NCBI GenBank assembly: GCA_025927685.1
Contig: JAICKX010000003.1
Location: forward strand, 2,905 to 66,904
DNA from: Thermoleophilia bacterium
GTDB taxonomy: Bacteria > Actinomycetota > Thermoleophilia > Gaiellales > JAICJC01
Length of the DNA stretch: 64,000 bases
Direction of reading: 5' to 3'
Shown here: positions 1-9,218 of the stretch, in pieces
Layout of the letters: each line of letters opens with the position of its first letter
How positions within the stretch are numbered: the stretch's first letter is position 1
The notes under the pieces: generated by a model
The model's input: only the letters and a program-made list of their open reading frames with translations
Told to the model about the DNA's origin: nothing
Database searches by the model: none
Translations under genes and position numbers: made by a program

Positions 1-1
1 G

Positions 2-574
2 GACGGCATCATCGCGCTCAAGATCCGCGACGGCGACGAGCTGGTCGGCGTACGGCTCACCAACGGCGAGGACGACGTGCTGATGGTGTCGCGCAACGGC
101 CAGGCGGTGCGCTTCTCCGAGCACGACGTGCGGCCCATGGGCCGGGTCGCCTCCGGCGTCGCCGGTATGAAGCTCAGGAAGGGCGACGAGGTGATCGCCG
201 TCGCCATCGCCCGCAACGAGCAGGACCTGCTCGTGGTCACCGAGAACGGTTTCGGCAAGCGCACGCGCGTCGAGGAGTACCCGACCAAGGGCCGCGGCAC
301 GATGGGCGTGCTCACGATCCGCTACACGGAGGCCCGCGGCAGGCTGGCCGGCGCGATGATCGTCCGCGACGGCTACGAGGTGGTGCTGATCTCGCGCGAG
401 GGCACCATCATCCGCACCGCCGTCGACGGCATCTCCCGCATGGGCCGCTCCACGCAGGGCGTGCGGCTCATGAACCTGCGCGGCGACGACACGGTCTCGT
501 CCATCGCACGCGTCACCGAGGCCACCCAGCCGGTCGTCGCCTCGGGCGACGTGGAGGATTCGCCGGGCGATTAG
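2..574 (+). CDS. gyrA: DNA gyrase subunit A, C-terminal domain (5' end lies outside the window)
   Basis: The frame is open from the window edge. The translation DGIIALKIRDGDELVGVRLTNGEDDVLMVSRNGQAVRF...GTMGVLTIRY...GTIIRTAVDGISRMGRSTQGVRLMNL shows the repeated blades of the GyrA C-terminal beta-pinwheel. Stop TAG at 572-574. Confidence 0.9.
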   Translation, partial: DGIIALKIRDGDELVGVRLTNGEDDVLMVSRNGQAVRFSEHDVRPMGRVASGVAGMKLRKGDEVIAVAIARNEQDLLVVTENGFGKRTRVEEYPTKGRGTMGVLTIRYTEARGRLAGAMIVRDGYEVVLISREGTIIRTAVDGISRMGRSTQGVRLMNLRGDDTVSSIARVTEATQPVVASGDVEDSPGD

Positions 575-583
575 CGAAACAGG

Positions 584-874
584 TTGCGCGTGCAGAACGC
601 CGACCTTCTCGACCCGGTCGACATCCCGTCGCGGCTCGGCCAGCTCGACCTGTATCTGGGACAGGTCTGCGCGGTCGCGGGCATCTCGAAGATGCAGCTC
701 GACTACTGGACGACCAAGGCCGGCATCGAGACGCGCGGCCGCAAGCAGCGCACCTACGACATGCGCTCGGTGGAGCTGGTCATGCTGATCAAGCAGGCCA
801 AGGACAAGGGCATGACCCTCCCGGCCGCGATCCAGGCGGCGCGGGAGTTCCAGGCCCGCCAGCGGCGCGACTAG
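584..874 (+). CDS. MerR-family helix-turn-helix transcriptional regulator (small)
   Basis: 96-aa ORF with an HTH-like stretch LGQVCAVAGISKMQLDYWTTKAGI followed by a helical tail. TTG start at 584, with an alternative GTG at 590. Confidence 0.55.
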   Translation: MRVQNADLLDPVDIPSRLGQLDLYLGQVCAVAGISKMQLDYWTTKAGIETRGRKQRTYDMRSVELVMLIKQAKDKGMTLPAAIQAAREFQARQRRD

Positions 875-908
875 CGCCTAACCGCGGTACGGCGAGCCCG
901 TCCTACGG

Positions 909-1955
909 GTGATGCCGCCGCCGGCCTCAGCCGCCGCCGCGACGGGCCCCGGCGCGCCGGAGCCCGCTGTCGTGGCACGGTCGTCGTGGGCGCACGTCCT
1001 TCACCGGCTGGCGCGGGATCCGCTGGCGATCGTCAGCTTCACCCTCCTCTCCGTCGTCGTCCTGGGCGTGTTCGCCGGGGGACCGCTCGCCGCCCATCTG
1101 CTCGGCCACGGCCCCAACGACGTGTTCCTCCACTCGATCACCGACGGCGTCCCGGCCGGCCCGTGGTCGCACGTCCGCAACCTCGACGAGTCCTACAAGC
1201 ACACGGACGGGACGACGCTCTTCGTGCTCGGATCCGACGGATACGTGGGGCGGGACGAGTTCGTGCGGCTCCTGTACGGCGGCCAGACGTCGCTCGAGGT
1301 GGCGGCGGGCGCGACGTTCGTGGCGATGCTCGTCGGGACGTTCCTCGGCGGCCTCGCGGGCTACTTCGGCGGGATCGTGGACGGCATCGTCCTGCGGATC
1401 ATCGACTTCCTCATGGCCTTCCCGGTCATCCTGGTCGCCATCGCCATCGGAAGCAGCGCCAGCGACCGGTTCGCCGGCATCACGTTCGGCGGCCTGCTCC
1501 AGCCGGGCGTCATCGGCCTCGCCGGGTTCGTCGGCCTTCTCACCTGCTTCTACCCCGCCCGCATCATCCGCGCCCAGGTGATGACCCTGCGTGAGCAGCC
1601 CTTCATCGAGGGGGCGCGGATGGTCGGCGCGTCGCACCGGCGCATCCTCTTCGGGCACATGGCGCCGCACCTGATGGGGCCGCTCGCCGTCTATTCGACG
1701 ATCGTGCTCGCCACGAACATCATGCTCGAGGCCTCGATCTCGCTTCTCGGTGCCGGCATCCAGCCGCCCACGGCGAGCTGGGGCAACATGCTCTCCACCA
1801 ACTTCGGCACGCTGCTCTATCCCGGGCACTACGAGCCGCTCGAGCCGAGGCTGTGGACGGCCGTCTTCCCCAGCCTTGCGATCCTGCTCACCCTGGTCGC
1901 CGCGGTGCTGCTCGGCGAGCAGCTGCGCAAGGCGTTCGACCCGAGGGCCAGGTAG
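909..1955 (+). CDS. ABC transporter permease, peptide/nickel (OppC/DppC-like) type
   Basis: Polytopic protein with an N-terminal OppC-like segment (SWAHVLHRLARDPLAIVSF). It carries the binding-protein-dependent permease core (EVAAGATFVAMLVGTFLGGLAGYFGG ... EGARMVGASHRRILFGHMAPHL). Confidence 0.8.
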   Translation: MMPPPASAAAATGPGAPEPAVVARSSWAHVLHRLARDPLAIVSFTLLSVVVLGVFAGGPLAAHLLGHGPNDVFLHSITDGVPAGPWSHVRNLDESYKHTDGTTLFVLGSDGYVGRDEFVRLLYGGQTSLEVAAGATFVAMLVGTFLGGLAGYFGGIVDGIVLRIIDFLMAFPVILVAIAIGSSASDRFAGITFGGLLQPGVIGLAGFVGLLTCFYPARIIRAQVMTLREQPFIEGARMVGASHRRILFGHMAPHLMGPLAVYSTIVLATNIMLEASISLLGAGIQPPTASWGNMLSTNFGTLLYPGHYEPLEPRLWTAVFPSLAILLTLVAAVLLGEQLRKAFDPRAR

Positions 1956-1957
1956 CG

Positions 1958-2953
1958 GTGGCGGCCTACGCCGTTCGCCGGATGGCAGGGGGCTTCCTCC
2001 TCCTGCTGGTCCTGACCCTGGTCACCTACGTCGTCTTCTTCACCATCCCGCAGGACCCCGGCCGCTTCATCGTGACGGTGCCCCATCCGACGACGGCCGA
2101 CCTCACGGCGGCCGACCACAAGCTCGGGATCGATCAGCCCGTCTACGTCCAGTACGGCAAGTACGTGTGGCGCCTCGTGCACGGCGACCTCGGCCGCTCG
2201 TATGCGACGCAGGAGCCGGTGTTCTCGATCGTGCGGTATTCGCTTCCTGTCACGGCGTCCATCGTGCTCGGCGGTGTCGTGCTGCTCGCCCTCACGTCGC
2301 TCGTCCTGGGCGTCTACTGCGCCAGCCGGGCCCACACCACCGTGGACCGGATCGTGGCGACGCTGCCTCTGGTCGGGATCGCGCTGCACCCGCTGGCGGT
2401 CGGCCTGCTCCTGCGGTGGGCCGTCGCCAAGCACCTGCACCTCGCGCCGGCCGACGGCTACTGCGAGCTGATGCCGGGCGGGGGCGGGTGCTCGGGCCCG
2501 ATGGGGTGGGCATCCCATCTGGCGCTGCCGTGGATCACGTTCGCGCTCTTCCTGCTCCCCCTCTACGTGCGAATGGTGCGCGCCCGCGTCCTGGAGACGC
2601 TCGACGAGGGTCACGTCGTCGTCGCCCGGGCCAAGGGCGCGAGCGAGCGCGGCGTCGTCTGGTCGCACGTCCTGCCGCTGGTGTACCCGACGCTGGTGGC
2701 GATGCTCGCCATGGACGCCGGCGCGGCGCTGATCGCGGCGATCTACATCGAGATCGTGTTCGGGCTCCCGGGTCTCGGCAGCGCCGCGGTCCAGGCCCAG
2801 GTGGGGATCGTCGGCCTCGACCTGCCGGTGATCCTCGGCGTGATCACGGTCGTGGCGGCGGCCGTGATCGTCCTGAACGTCGTCGCCGATGTCGTGACGG
2901 TGCGGCTCGATCCCCGGCTCGAGCTCGGTCGCCGCAGGTACACGCTGTGGTGA
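1958..2953 (+). CDS. ABC transporter permease, OppB/DppB-like type
   Basis: An in-frame GTG lies 3 nt after the upstream stop. The N-terminus YAVRRMAGGFLLLLVLTLVTYVVFFTIPQDPG is typical of OppB/DppB. The EAA-like region VVARAKGASERGVVWSHVLP is present. Confidence 0.8.
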   Translation: MAAYAVRRMAGGFLLLLVLTLVTYVVFFTIPQDPGRFIVTVPHPTTADLTAADHKLGIDQPVYVQYGKYVWRLVHGDLGRSYATQEPVFSIVRYSLPVTASIVLGGVVLLALTSLVLGVYCASRAHTTVDRIVATLPLVGIALHPLAVGLLLRWAVAKHLHLAPADGYCELMPGGGGCSGPMGWASHLALPWITFALFLLPLYVRMVRARVLETLDEGHVVVARAKGASERGVVWSHVLPLVYPTLVAMLAMDAGAALIAAIYIEIVFGLPGLGSAAVQAQVGIVGLDLPVILGVITVVAAAVIVLNVVADVVTVRLDPRLELGRRRYTLW

Positions 2954-3650
2954 TCAGCCGAAGAAGTGGCGCGTGCGCCGGGGGGTGAACGCCTCGGACA
3001 CCGTCTCCTGGACGACGATCACCACCGCCGCCGTGGCGGCGGCCGCGCTCAGAAGCGCGTAGCCGGCGACCGGGTGGGTGCCGCGCGCAAACCAGCCGAT
3101 GCCGCCGGCGACAAGCATCGGCACGATCACGAGCAGGCCCGCGCCGCCGATCGCGATGGTTCCGGTGGCCGCCTCCCCCACCGGGCCCGGATCGCGGTCA
3201 CCGAGCGCCGGAGCGAGTCGCGCACCCCTCGGTCTTCGAGCGCGAGCGCCGGCACCACGAAGAAGCTCGCGACCGCCCAGGCGGCATCGAGGAACCGGGT
3301 GACGATCCGTCCGGCCACGCTCCCGGCGTACGGCAGCTGCTCGATCGCCCGCAGCGCGAGGCCGACGCCGGTTGTTAGGAGCGCCCAGGCCGCGATCGTC
3401 CGAACCCGCGCCGCCGACCGGCCCAGCGCCTGCCGGGCGCCGATCGGTTCCCCCCGGAACTCGGCGTCGACCTGCGCGTAGTACGCGACGTTGAAGAACG
3501 TCGACACGAACGTCAACGGATAGCCGCAGCCACGACGGCCGTCTCGAGCGCGAGCGCGATGCTCGGGAGCACGACGAGCCCCGGGCGGCCGCGCACGAGC
3601 GACCACGCCTCGCGCGTGAAGCCGATGCCACGCTGGATCCTGCCCACCAC
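2954..3650 (-). pseudogene. Polytopic membrane protein (DUF6159-like family, name from memory) interrupted by two +1-type frame changes
   Basis: SD GGAGGGG plus GTG at 3650 opens MVGRIQRGIGFTREAWSLVRGRPGLVVLPSIALALETAVVAAA, then stops at TGA 3513-3515. The sense continues in a second frame (YPLTFVSTFFNVAYYAQVD...SVTAIRARWG) and then a third (EAATGTIAIGGAGLLVIVPMLVAGGIGWF...HFFG, stop at 2954). The second switch sits at a C5/G5 run at 3175-3179. Confidence 0.55.
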
Positions 3651-3698
3651 GTCCCCTCCGTGCTCTTCGGAAAGTGTAAACCTTCGGCGTGACTGCGC

Positions 3699-4592
3699 CT
3701 AGCCGGGCGGATCCGCTGGAACCGCCGTCCGCAGATCGTCCGCCGCGACGTCGGGGTCGACGATCGTGATCCACAGCCCGGCCCCGAGCTCGGCGGACGC
3801 GGCAACGGTCAGGCGCGGCCACACCTCGGCGTGCCAGTGCCAGTTGGCGTGGCCGGCCGGCGACGCGTAGACGACGCAGTTCCACGCCAGGTCGGGACCG
3901 AGCACCGCCCGCAGCCGGCGCACCCCGTCGGCGAGCGCCTCGGCCAGTTGGGACCAGCCGGGGTCGGCGGCGTGCGCGTCGGGCGCGATCCAGAGCTCGT
4001 AGGCGAACCGGCTCCAGGCCGGCGCGATCGTGCGCAGGCCGTCCTCGTGGCGGACGGTGCGGGCGTCCTCGACCCCGAGCGCCCAGCACAGCGCGCACTC
4101 GCCGGACACCGCCTCCGCCTGCGCCTCGACGGCCGGCGGCGCATCCGTGAACGGGACGATCTGGGAGTGCGAGTGGTCGAGCGACGCGCCGGCCGCCGGC
4201 CCCTCGTTCACCGCCACCATCGTCCACGCAGCCTCCCGGTGGGCGGACCGGCGCGCCTCCCACGCGTCGGCCGTCGTCCGCAGCAGACCGCGGCTCAGGT
4301 CGGCGAACGAGAGCACGTGCGCCGGCCCGTGGATCACGACCTCCTGGCCGGGGATGGCGGGGAACTTGTTCGGGACGACCCGCACCCTCCAGCCGGGTGA
4401 GTCCGGGGGCGCCCCGGGAGGTCGGCCGAAGGCCTGCACCTCGGGCGGCGTCATCGCCTCGTGGCCCTCGCAGAACGGGCAGGTGGAGGCGTCGGCCAGC
4501 CGGGTGGTGCGGCCCTGCGCGCCCGGGCGGCGCGAGCGGCCGGGCGCCACCACGACGGGGACGCCCGTCAGCGGGTTTCGGCGGATGTCTAT
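3699..4592 (-). CDS. Galactose-1-phosphate uridylyltransferase-family (HIT superfamily) nucleotidyltransferase; start codon unresolved
   Basis: Motifs: [21 protein letters not shown]-terminal motif, CPFCEGHE zinc motif, HSHSQ (HxHxQ) active site. No ATG, GTG or TTG lies between the upstream stop and the conserved N-terminus; only ATA (4592) or ATC (4586) are in frame. Confidence 0.7.
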   Translation of the reverse strand: MDIRRNPLTGVPVVVAPGRSRRPGAQGRTTRLADASTCPFCEGHEAMTPPEVQAFGRPPGAPPDSPGWRVRVVPNKFPAIPGQEVVIHGPAHVLSFADLSRGLLRTTADAWEARRSAHREAAWTMVAVNEGPAAGASLDHSHSQIVPFTDAPPAVEAQAEAVSGECALCWALGVEDARTVRHEDGLRTIAPAWSRFAYELWIAPDAHAADPGWSQLAEALADGVRRLRAVLGPDLAWNCVVYASPAGHANWHWHAEVWPRLTVAASAELGAGLWITIVDPDVAADDLRTAVPADPPG

Positions 4593-5368
4593 TCGGGGTC
4601 GGCCTTCCCGCCCATCGCCCGCAAGAGATCGATCGGGACGGGCAGGATCGTGGTCGTGTTGTTGGTGCTCGAGATCTCGCGCAGCGTCTGGAGGTAGCGC
4701 AGTTGGAGCGCGATCGGGTTCTGGCTGATCACGGCCGCGGCCTCGCCCAGCTTTGTCGACGCCTGGTACTCGCCCTCGGCCGAGATCACCTTCGCGCGCC
4801 GCTCGCGCTCGGCCTCGGCCTGGCGCGCCATCGCCCGCTGCATGCCGGTCGGGATCTCGACGTCCTTCACCTCGACGACGTTCACCTTGATGCCCCACGG
4901 CTCGGTCTGCTCGTCGATGATCTTCTGGAGGATCTGGTTGATCTTGTCGCGCTCGGACAGGAGCTCGTCGAGCATGTGCTGGCCGAGCACCGACCGGAGC
5001 GTCGTCTGGGCGATCTGGAGCGTCGCGAGCCCGAAGTCCGCCACCTCGACGATCGCCGCGACGGGGCTCACCACGCGGAAGTACGCCACCGCGTTCACGC
5101 GGGCGGGGACGTTGTCCTTGGTGATGATCTCCTGGGGCGGCACGACCAGGGTGATCGTGCGCAGATCGACCTGCACCATCCGGTCGATGATGGGGATGAG
5201 CAGGAAGAGGCCCGGGCCCTTCGGGTCGCCCAGGAGGCGGCCGAGGCGGAACACGACGCCCCGCTGGTACTCGCGCAGCACCCGGACGGAGCTGCCGAGG
5301 ATGGCGATCAAGAACACGAGCACGACCGCAAGCGCGATGAACGGTGCGAGCGATGCGAGGACGATCAC
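4589..5368 (-). CDS. SPFH/band-7 (stomatin-prohibitin-like) membrane protein
   Basis: SD AAGGAG 7 nt before GTG at 5368. An N-terminal TM segment is followed by [19 protein letters not shown]...[19 protein letters not shown]...[17 protein letters not shown]. The GTGA junction overlaps the nfeD stop. Confidence 0.9.
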   Translation of the reverse strand: MIVLASLAPFIALAVVLVFLIAILGSSVRVLREYQRGVVFRLGRLLGDPKGPGLFLLIPIIDRMVQVDLRTITLVVPPQEIITKDNVPARVNAVAYFRVVSPVAAIVEVADFGLATLQIAQTTLRSVLGQHMLDELLSERDKINQILQKIIDEQTEPWGIKVNVVEVKDVEIPTGMQRAMARQAEAERERRAKVISAEGEYQASTKLGEAAAVISQNPIALQLRYLQTLREISSTNNTTTILPVPIDLLRAMGGKADPE

Positions 5369-6708
5369 GTTGTGGCTCCTTCGGGGGGTGGTGGGGGAGC
5401 GGGGGAGACGTGCAGCGTAAGCCCTACGACCTTCTCGACGACGACCTCCCCGCCCGTGTCGACCTCCGCGTCGTCGTCGTCGACCTCGGCCTCCCACAGC
5501 TCGCCGCGCAGGAACACCTGGCCGCGCGGCCGGAGCGGCGTGCGCACGATCGCGCGCTGGCCGAGCAGGCCGATCGCGCCGGCGCCGTACACGCCGACCG
5601 GCTGGTGGCGCGCGGCGATGACCTTCGTGGCGATGACGGCCAGCCCGCCGCCGAAGACGATGCCGATCGCGATCACGAGGACGGGGTTCACGCCCACGCC
5701 GTTGCCGGGCGTGCGGAACAGCATGAGCCCGCCCGCGCAGAGGGCGATCACCCCCGAGAGCCCGATCAGGCCGTGGCTCGTCACCCACCCCTCCACGGCG
5801 AGGAGCGCGACGCCGAACACGATCAGCGCCGCGCCGGCGAGGTTGATCGGCACGACCGAGAAGCCGAAGAGGGCCAGGATGAGGGAGACGCCGCCGAGCG
5901 TCCCCGGGAGGATGACGCCGGGGTGGAAGATCTCGTAGGCGATGCCGCCGATCCCGGCCAGGAAGAGGATGTAGAGCAGGTTGGGGTCGATCAGGATGTT
6001 GAGCAGCTGGAGCGTCCAGGGCAGGCCGACCTTCTCGATGCGGGCGTTGGCCGTGTGCAGCACGATCGGCTTCTGCGTGTAGTGGGTCGTCGTGCCGTCA
6101 AGCCGGTCGAGCAGGCGGGGCAGGCTGGGGGAGACGACGTCGATCAGGTTCTTCTGGAGCGCCTCCTGGGCGGTGAAGTTGGCCGCGCCCGAGACCATCT
6201 TGCCCGCCTGCACCGGGCTCCGGCCGTGAGTCGTCGCGAGCACCTGCACCTTCTTGACGGCGTCGTTCACGACCTTCCGGCGCAGGTCGCTGCCGATGTT
6301 CCCTCCGCTCGAGTCGATCGGGGTCGCCGAGCCGATGTTCGTGGTCGGCGCCATCGCCGCGACATCGGCGCCCATCGTGATGATCGCGCCGGCCGACGCC
6401 GCCCGGGCGCCGTTCGGGGCGACGTACACGATCACCGGGACCGGCGATCCGAGCTCGGCCCGGATGATGTCGTCCATCGAGGTCGACAGGCCGCCGGGCG
6501 TGTTCATGAGGATCACCAGCGCGGCCGCGTGGTCCGACTTCGCCCGGTCGATCGAGTCCTTGACGAAGCTGGCCGAGACCGGGTTGATCTCGCTGTCGAG
6601 CCTGATCGCCATGACGAACGGCCGCCCGGACTCCGCGCCGGCGGCGGCTTGAGGGATCCCCGCCAGGCCGGCCAGGACGAGCAGCATGATGGCGAGCCGC
6701 GTTCGCAT
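5365..6708 (-). CDS. NfeD-family membrane-bound ClpP-class serine protease
   Basis: Signal peptide, then a ClpP-like domain ([17 protein letters not shown]...[23 protein letters not shown]), four or five TM helices and a C-terminal NfeD OB domain ([12 protein letters not shown]). This is the classic pairing upstream of an SPFH gene. Confidence 0.85.
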   Translation of the reverse strand: MRTRLAIMLLVLAGLAGIPQAAAGAESGRPFVMAIRLDSEINPVSASFVKDSIDRAKSDHAAALVILMNTPGGLSTSMDDIIRAELGSPVPVIVYVAPNGARAASAGAIITMGADVAAMAPTTNIGSATPIDSSGGNIGSDLRRKVVNDAVKKVQVLATTHGRSPVQAGKMVSGAANFTAQEALQKNLIDVVSPSLPRLLDRLDGTTTHYTQKPIVLHTANARIEKVGLPWTLQLLNILIDPNLLYILFLAGIGGIAYEIFHPGVILPGTLGGVSLILALFGFSVVPINLAGAALIVFGVALLAVEGWVTSHGLIGLSGVIALCAGGLMLFRTPGNGVGVNPVLVIAIGIVFGGGLAVIATKVIAARHQPVGVYGAGAIGLLGQRAIVRTPLRPRGQVFLRGELWEAEVDDDDAEVDTGGEVVVEKVVGLTLHVSPAPPPPPEGATT

Positions 6709-6765
6709 CCGGGTGCCTTCACATAAATCTTACCGGCACAATTCGCAGGGTTTTGTGGTGAGGCC

Positions 6766-6771
6766 GATAAT
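6766..6771 (+). promoter_or_regulatory. -10-like hexamer GATAAT, 5 nt upstream of the amidase GTG (leaderless geometry)
   Basis: It lies in the only AT-rich patch of the 68-nt divergent intergenic region. No SD sits before the GTG at 6777. Confidence 0.3.
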
Positions 6772-6776
6772 GCGGC

Positions 6777-8486
6777 GTGGGCGTGGGCGGTCGAGCAGCA
6801 TGTGTGGCGGTGGTGGGTCTCGGTGCGCTCGCCGGCGCGCCGTCCGCGTTCGCCGGGGGCGGCGCCGTGCAGGTCGCGCAGGCTGCCGACCTCGCCCGCC
6901 CGTTCGCACATGCGGTCCGAGCGGGGCACACGTTCCAGCTGGTCGGCGTGCACTGGCGCGGGCCGGGGACGGTGCGGCTCCAGGCTCGCCGCACGTCGCG
7001 GACGTGGACGCGCTGGGTGTCGCTCTCCCGGACGGAGCCCGTGTGGGTTGGGCCGTCCCGCCGCGTCCGCCTCCGCCGGTCGGGGCGGGTCCGCGACGTA
7101 CGGGTCGCGTTCGTGACCAGCCCGCCGGTCGCCTCTCCGCGGCCCGGCACGCTCGTGCCGGCGCTGGCGGTGCGGCCCCGGATCGTGACGCGGGCCGGGT
7201 GGCATGCCGACGAGTCGATGCGGCGGGCGCCGCCGGCCTACGCCGGGGCGCTCGAGATGGTGTTCGTCCACCACACCGACACCGCCACGTCCGCCCCGTG
7301 CTCCGACTCGGCCCGCATCGTGCGTGGCATCTACGCCTACCACGTGCGCGTGAACGGCTGGAACGACATCGGCTACAACTTCCTGGTCGACAAATGCGGG
7401 ACGGTGTTCGAGGGCCGCTACGGCGGCATGACGAAGCCCGTGATCGGCGCACAGACCAAGGGCTTCAACACGGGCTCGGCCGGTATCGCGGTGATCGGCA
7501 CCTACACCTCGGCGCGGCCGCCGCGGCCGGCGATCAGGTCGCTCGAGCGCCTGATCGCATGGCGGCTCGACGTGGCGCACGTGAACCCCGTGGCCCGGGT
7601 CGAGATGGTGTCGTCGGGGAATCCGCGCTACTCGCGCGGGCGCCACGTCGTCCTGAACGCCGTCTCGGGCCATCGCGACGGCTACCCGACGGCATGCCCG
7701 GGCTCGGCGCTCTACGCGCTCTTGCCCCGCATCAGGGCGGCCGCCGTGTCGATCGGCCTGCCGAAGATCTGGGCCCCGCGCCACGAGCCGAACCTGCACC
7801 GGATCGCGCCCGACGCGGCGCTCCCGCTCCTCATGCGGGCCAGGTTCTCGCATCTGACGCCCTTCACGCTCGCGATCCGAGGGCCGGACGGGCACGTCGT
7901 CGCGCGCCGGCGGCACACGAACCGCCACATCCGGTGGACCTGGCCGGGCCGTGCGGCCGTCCTGCCCGGCGGCGCCTACACCTGGACGATCGCCGCACCG
8001 GGCGCGCGCGGGTTCCTGGGCGTCCTCGGCACGCTGCCGCCGTGGAGACTCAGGGCGCCGCCCGACGGGTTCGCGGCGACGCAGGGCACTGTCACCGCCG
8101 GGAACCTCGCCGACCTGGCCCATCCCGACGGCGCGACGGTCGACCTGGCCCCTGCGGGCGGCGACCCGCAGACCCAGCTCGTGGCCGACTTCGGCATCGA
8201 CACCACACGGCCGGTGGCGCGCGCGGGCACCCTGGCCGGCGCCAGCGTCGCCACGACCGCGGGCGGGCGCGCCGGCGTCGAGCTGTGGGACTTCGGCTCG
8301 AGCTCGTGGGTCGACGCGGGATCCTGCTCCGGCGTCCCGGGTCGCTCGTGCAAGGTGCGGCTCCCCGCGGGCGGCCACACGTTCGTCACCTGGGACTCCG
8401 GGTCGTCGCAGGGCCGGATGCGGGTGCGCTACACGTTCCCGGGCGCCGCGTCGGTCGACGCGGTGCACGCGCTCACGAACGGCTGA
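6777..8486 (+). CDS. Secreted N-acetylmuramoyl-L-alanine amidase (amidase_2/PGRP domain) with a long C-terminal extension
   Basis: Signal peptide AACVAVVGLGALAGAPSAFA. Amidase_2 motifs VFVHHTDT, WNDIGYNFLVDKCGTVFEGR, GHRDGYPTACPG. Confidence 0.8.
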   Translation: MGVGGRAACVAVVGLGALAGAPSAFAGGGAVQVAQAADLARPFAHAVRAGHTFQLVGVHWRGPGTVRLQARRTSRTWTRWVSLSRTEPVWVGPSRRVRLRRSGRVRDVRVAFVTSPPVASPRPGTLVPALAVRPRIVTRAGWHADESMRRAPPAYAGALEMVFVHHTDTATSAPCSDSARIVRGIYAYHVRVNGWNDIGYNFLVDKCGTVFEGRYGGMTKPVIGAQTKGFNTGSAGIAVIGTYTSARPPRPAIRSLERLIAWRLDVAHVNPVARVEMVSSGNPRYSRGRHVVLNAVSGHRDGYPTACPGSALYALLPRIRAAAVSIGLPKIWAPRHEPNLHRIAPDAALPLLMRARFSHLTPFTLAIRGPDGHVVARRRHTNRHIRWTWPGRAAVLPGGAYTWTIAAPGARGFLGVLGTLPPWRLRAPPDGFAATQGTVTAGNLADLAHPDGATVDLAPAGGDPQTQLVADFGIDTTRPVARAGTLAGASVATTAGGRAGVELWDFGSSSWVDAGSCSGVPGRSCKVRLPAGGHTFVTWDSGSSQGRMRVRYTFPGAASVDAVHALTNG

Positions 8487-9198
8487 CGTCGACGGCGGCG
8501 ACCTCGGCGGCGGTGTGGGGGACGCCTGCGACCACGAGCCGCCCCTGGGCGTCGACGCCGTCGCTTCGGCCCTCGGCGCCGCCGGCGAGGCGCACCCGCC
8601 GTCCGCGCAGGTCGTCGCGGGCGAGCCCGGAGAATCCGTCCCGCTCGAACGCCCGGTAGCGGGCCTCGACCGCCTCGAGGACGTCGGCCAGGAGCGCAGC
8701 CCGGTCGACCGGCTCTCCGTGGAGCAGCCGAAGCGACGTCGGCGCGACACGAGCGTCGGCCGGGAGGTCGTCCGCCGTGTGGTTCGCGTTCAGGCCGATC
8801 CCGACCACGACGGCGCCGTCGCGCACCTCGGCCAGGATGCCGGCCAGCTTGCTCCCGCCGACCACGACGTCGTTCGGCCAGCGCACCGCGGCCCGGGGCC
8901 ACGCGGCCTCGGCCACGGCGTCGGCGACGACGAGGGTCAGCGGCGGAAGCCGGTCGGGAGGCGTCCGCGGCCGCAGCGACAGCGAGAAGAGGAGGCCCGC
9001 GCCGCGCGGGCTCGTCCACGTCCGGCCGCGGCGGCCGCGGCCGGCGGTCTGCTCCTCGCACGCCGCCACGCCGCCCTCGGGCATGCCGCGGGCCAGCTCC
9101 TGGGTCGAGGGGCATGTTTCCCGCCAGACGTAGGGACGGCCGAAGGCGCCGCGAAGAAGAGGGAGGACCGCGTCCGCGCGCAACGTCCCCTCCTGCAT
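8473..9198 (-). CDS. birA: Biotin-[acetyl-CoA-carboxylase] ligase (no N-terminal HTH)
   Basis: GRGRRGRTWTSPRGAGLLFSL biotin-binding loop, and WPNDVVVGGSKLAGILAE. Confidence 0.85.
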   Translation of the reverse strand: MQEGTLRADAVLPLLRGAFGRPYVWRETCPSTQELARGMPEGGVAACEEQTAGRGRRGRTWTSPRGAGLLFSLSLRPRTPPDRLPPLTLVVADAVAEAAWPRAAVRWPNDVVVGGSKLAGILAEVRDGAVVVGIGLNANHTADDLPADARVAPTSLRLLHGEPVDRAALLADVLEAVEARYRAFERDGFSGLARDDLRGRRVRLAGGAEGRSDGVDAQGRLVVAGVPHTAAEVAAVDVSRS

Positions 9199-9204
9199 CC
9201 CACT

Positions 9205-9210
9205 AGGATA
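9205..9210 (-). promoter_or_regulatory. -10-like TATCCT, 6 nt upstream of the birA ATG (leaderless geometry)
   Basis: The minus strand reads TATCCT-agtggg-ATG. It overlaps the plus-strand TAGGAT (9204-9209), which lies 9 nt before the sigma-factor ATG. Confidence 0.35.
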
Positions 9211-9218
9211 TCGCCCGC

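Noticed and set aside
3127-4263. 378-aa minus-strand ORF considered as an intact gene.
   Set aside because: Only its last roughly 115 codons look like real protein (the middle segment of the frameshifted membrane gene). The rest is antisense or out of frame to the galT-like gene and is Arg/Gly-rich.
6513-8750. 745-aa minus-strand ORF antisense to the amidase and birA region. Similar very long ORFs occur at 27902..29824 (-), 31672..33783 (+), 55879..58473 (+), 46714..48726 (-), 15042..16940 (-) and 39645..41021 (+).
   Set aside because: All are Arg/Gly/Pro/Ala-rich low-complexity translations lying opposite to, or out of frame with, genes that carry clear family motifs. Long stop-free alternate frames are expected in DNA this GC-rich.
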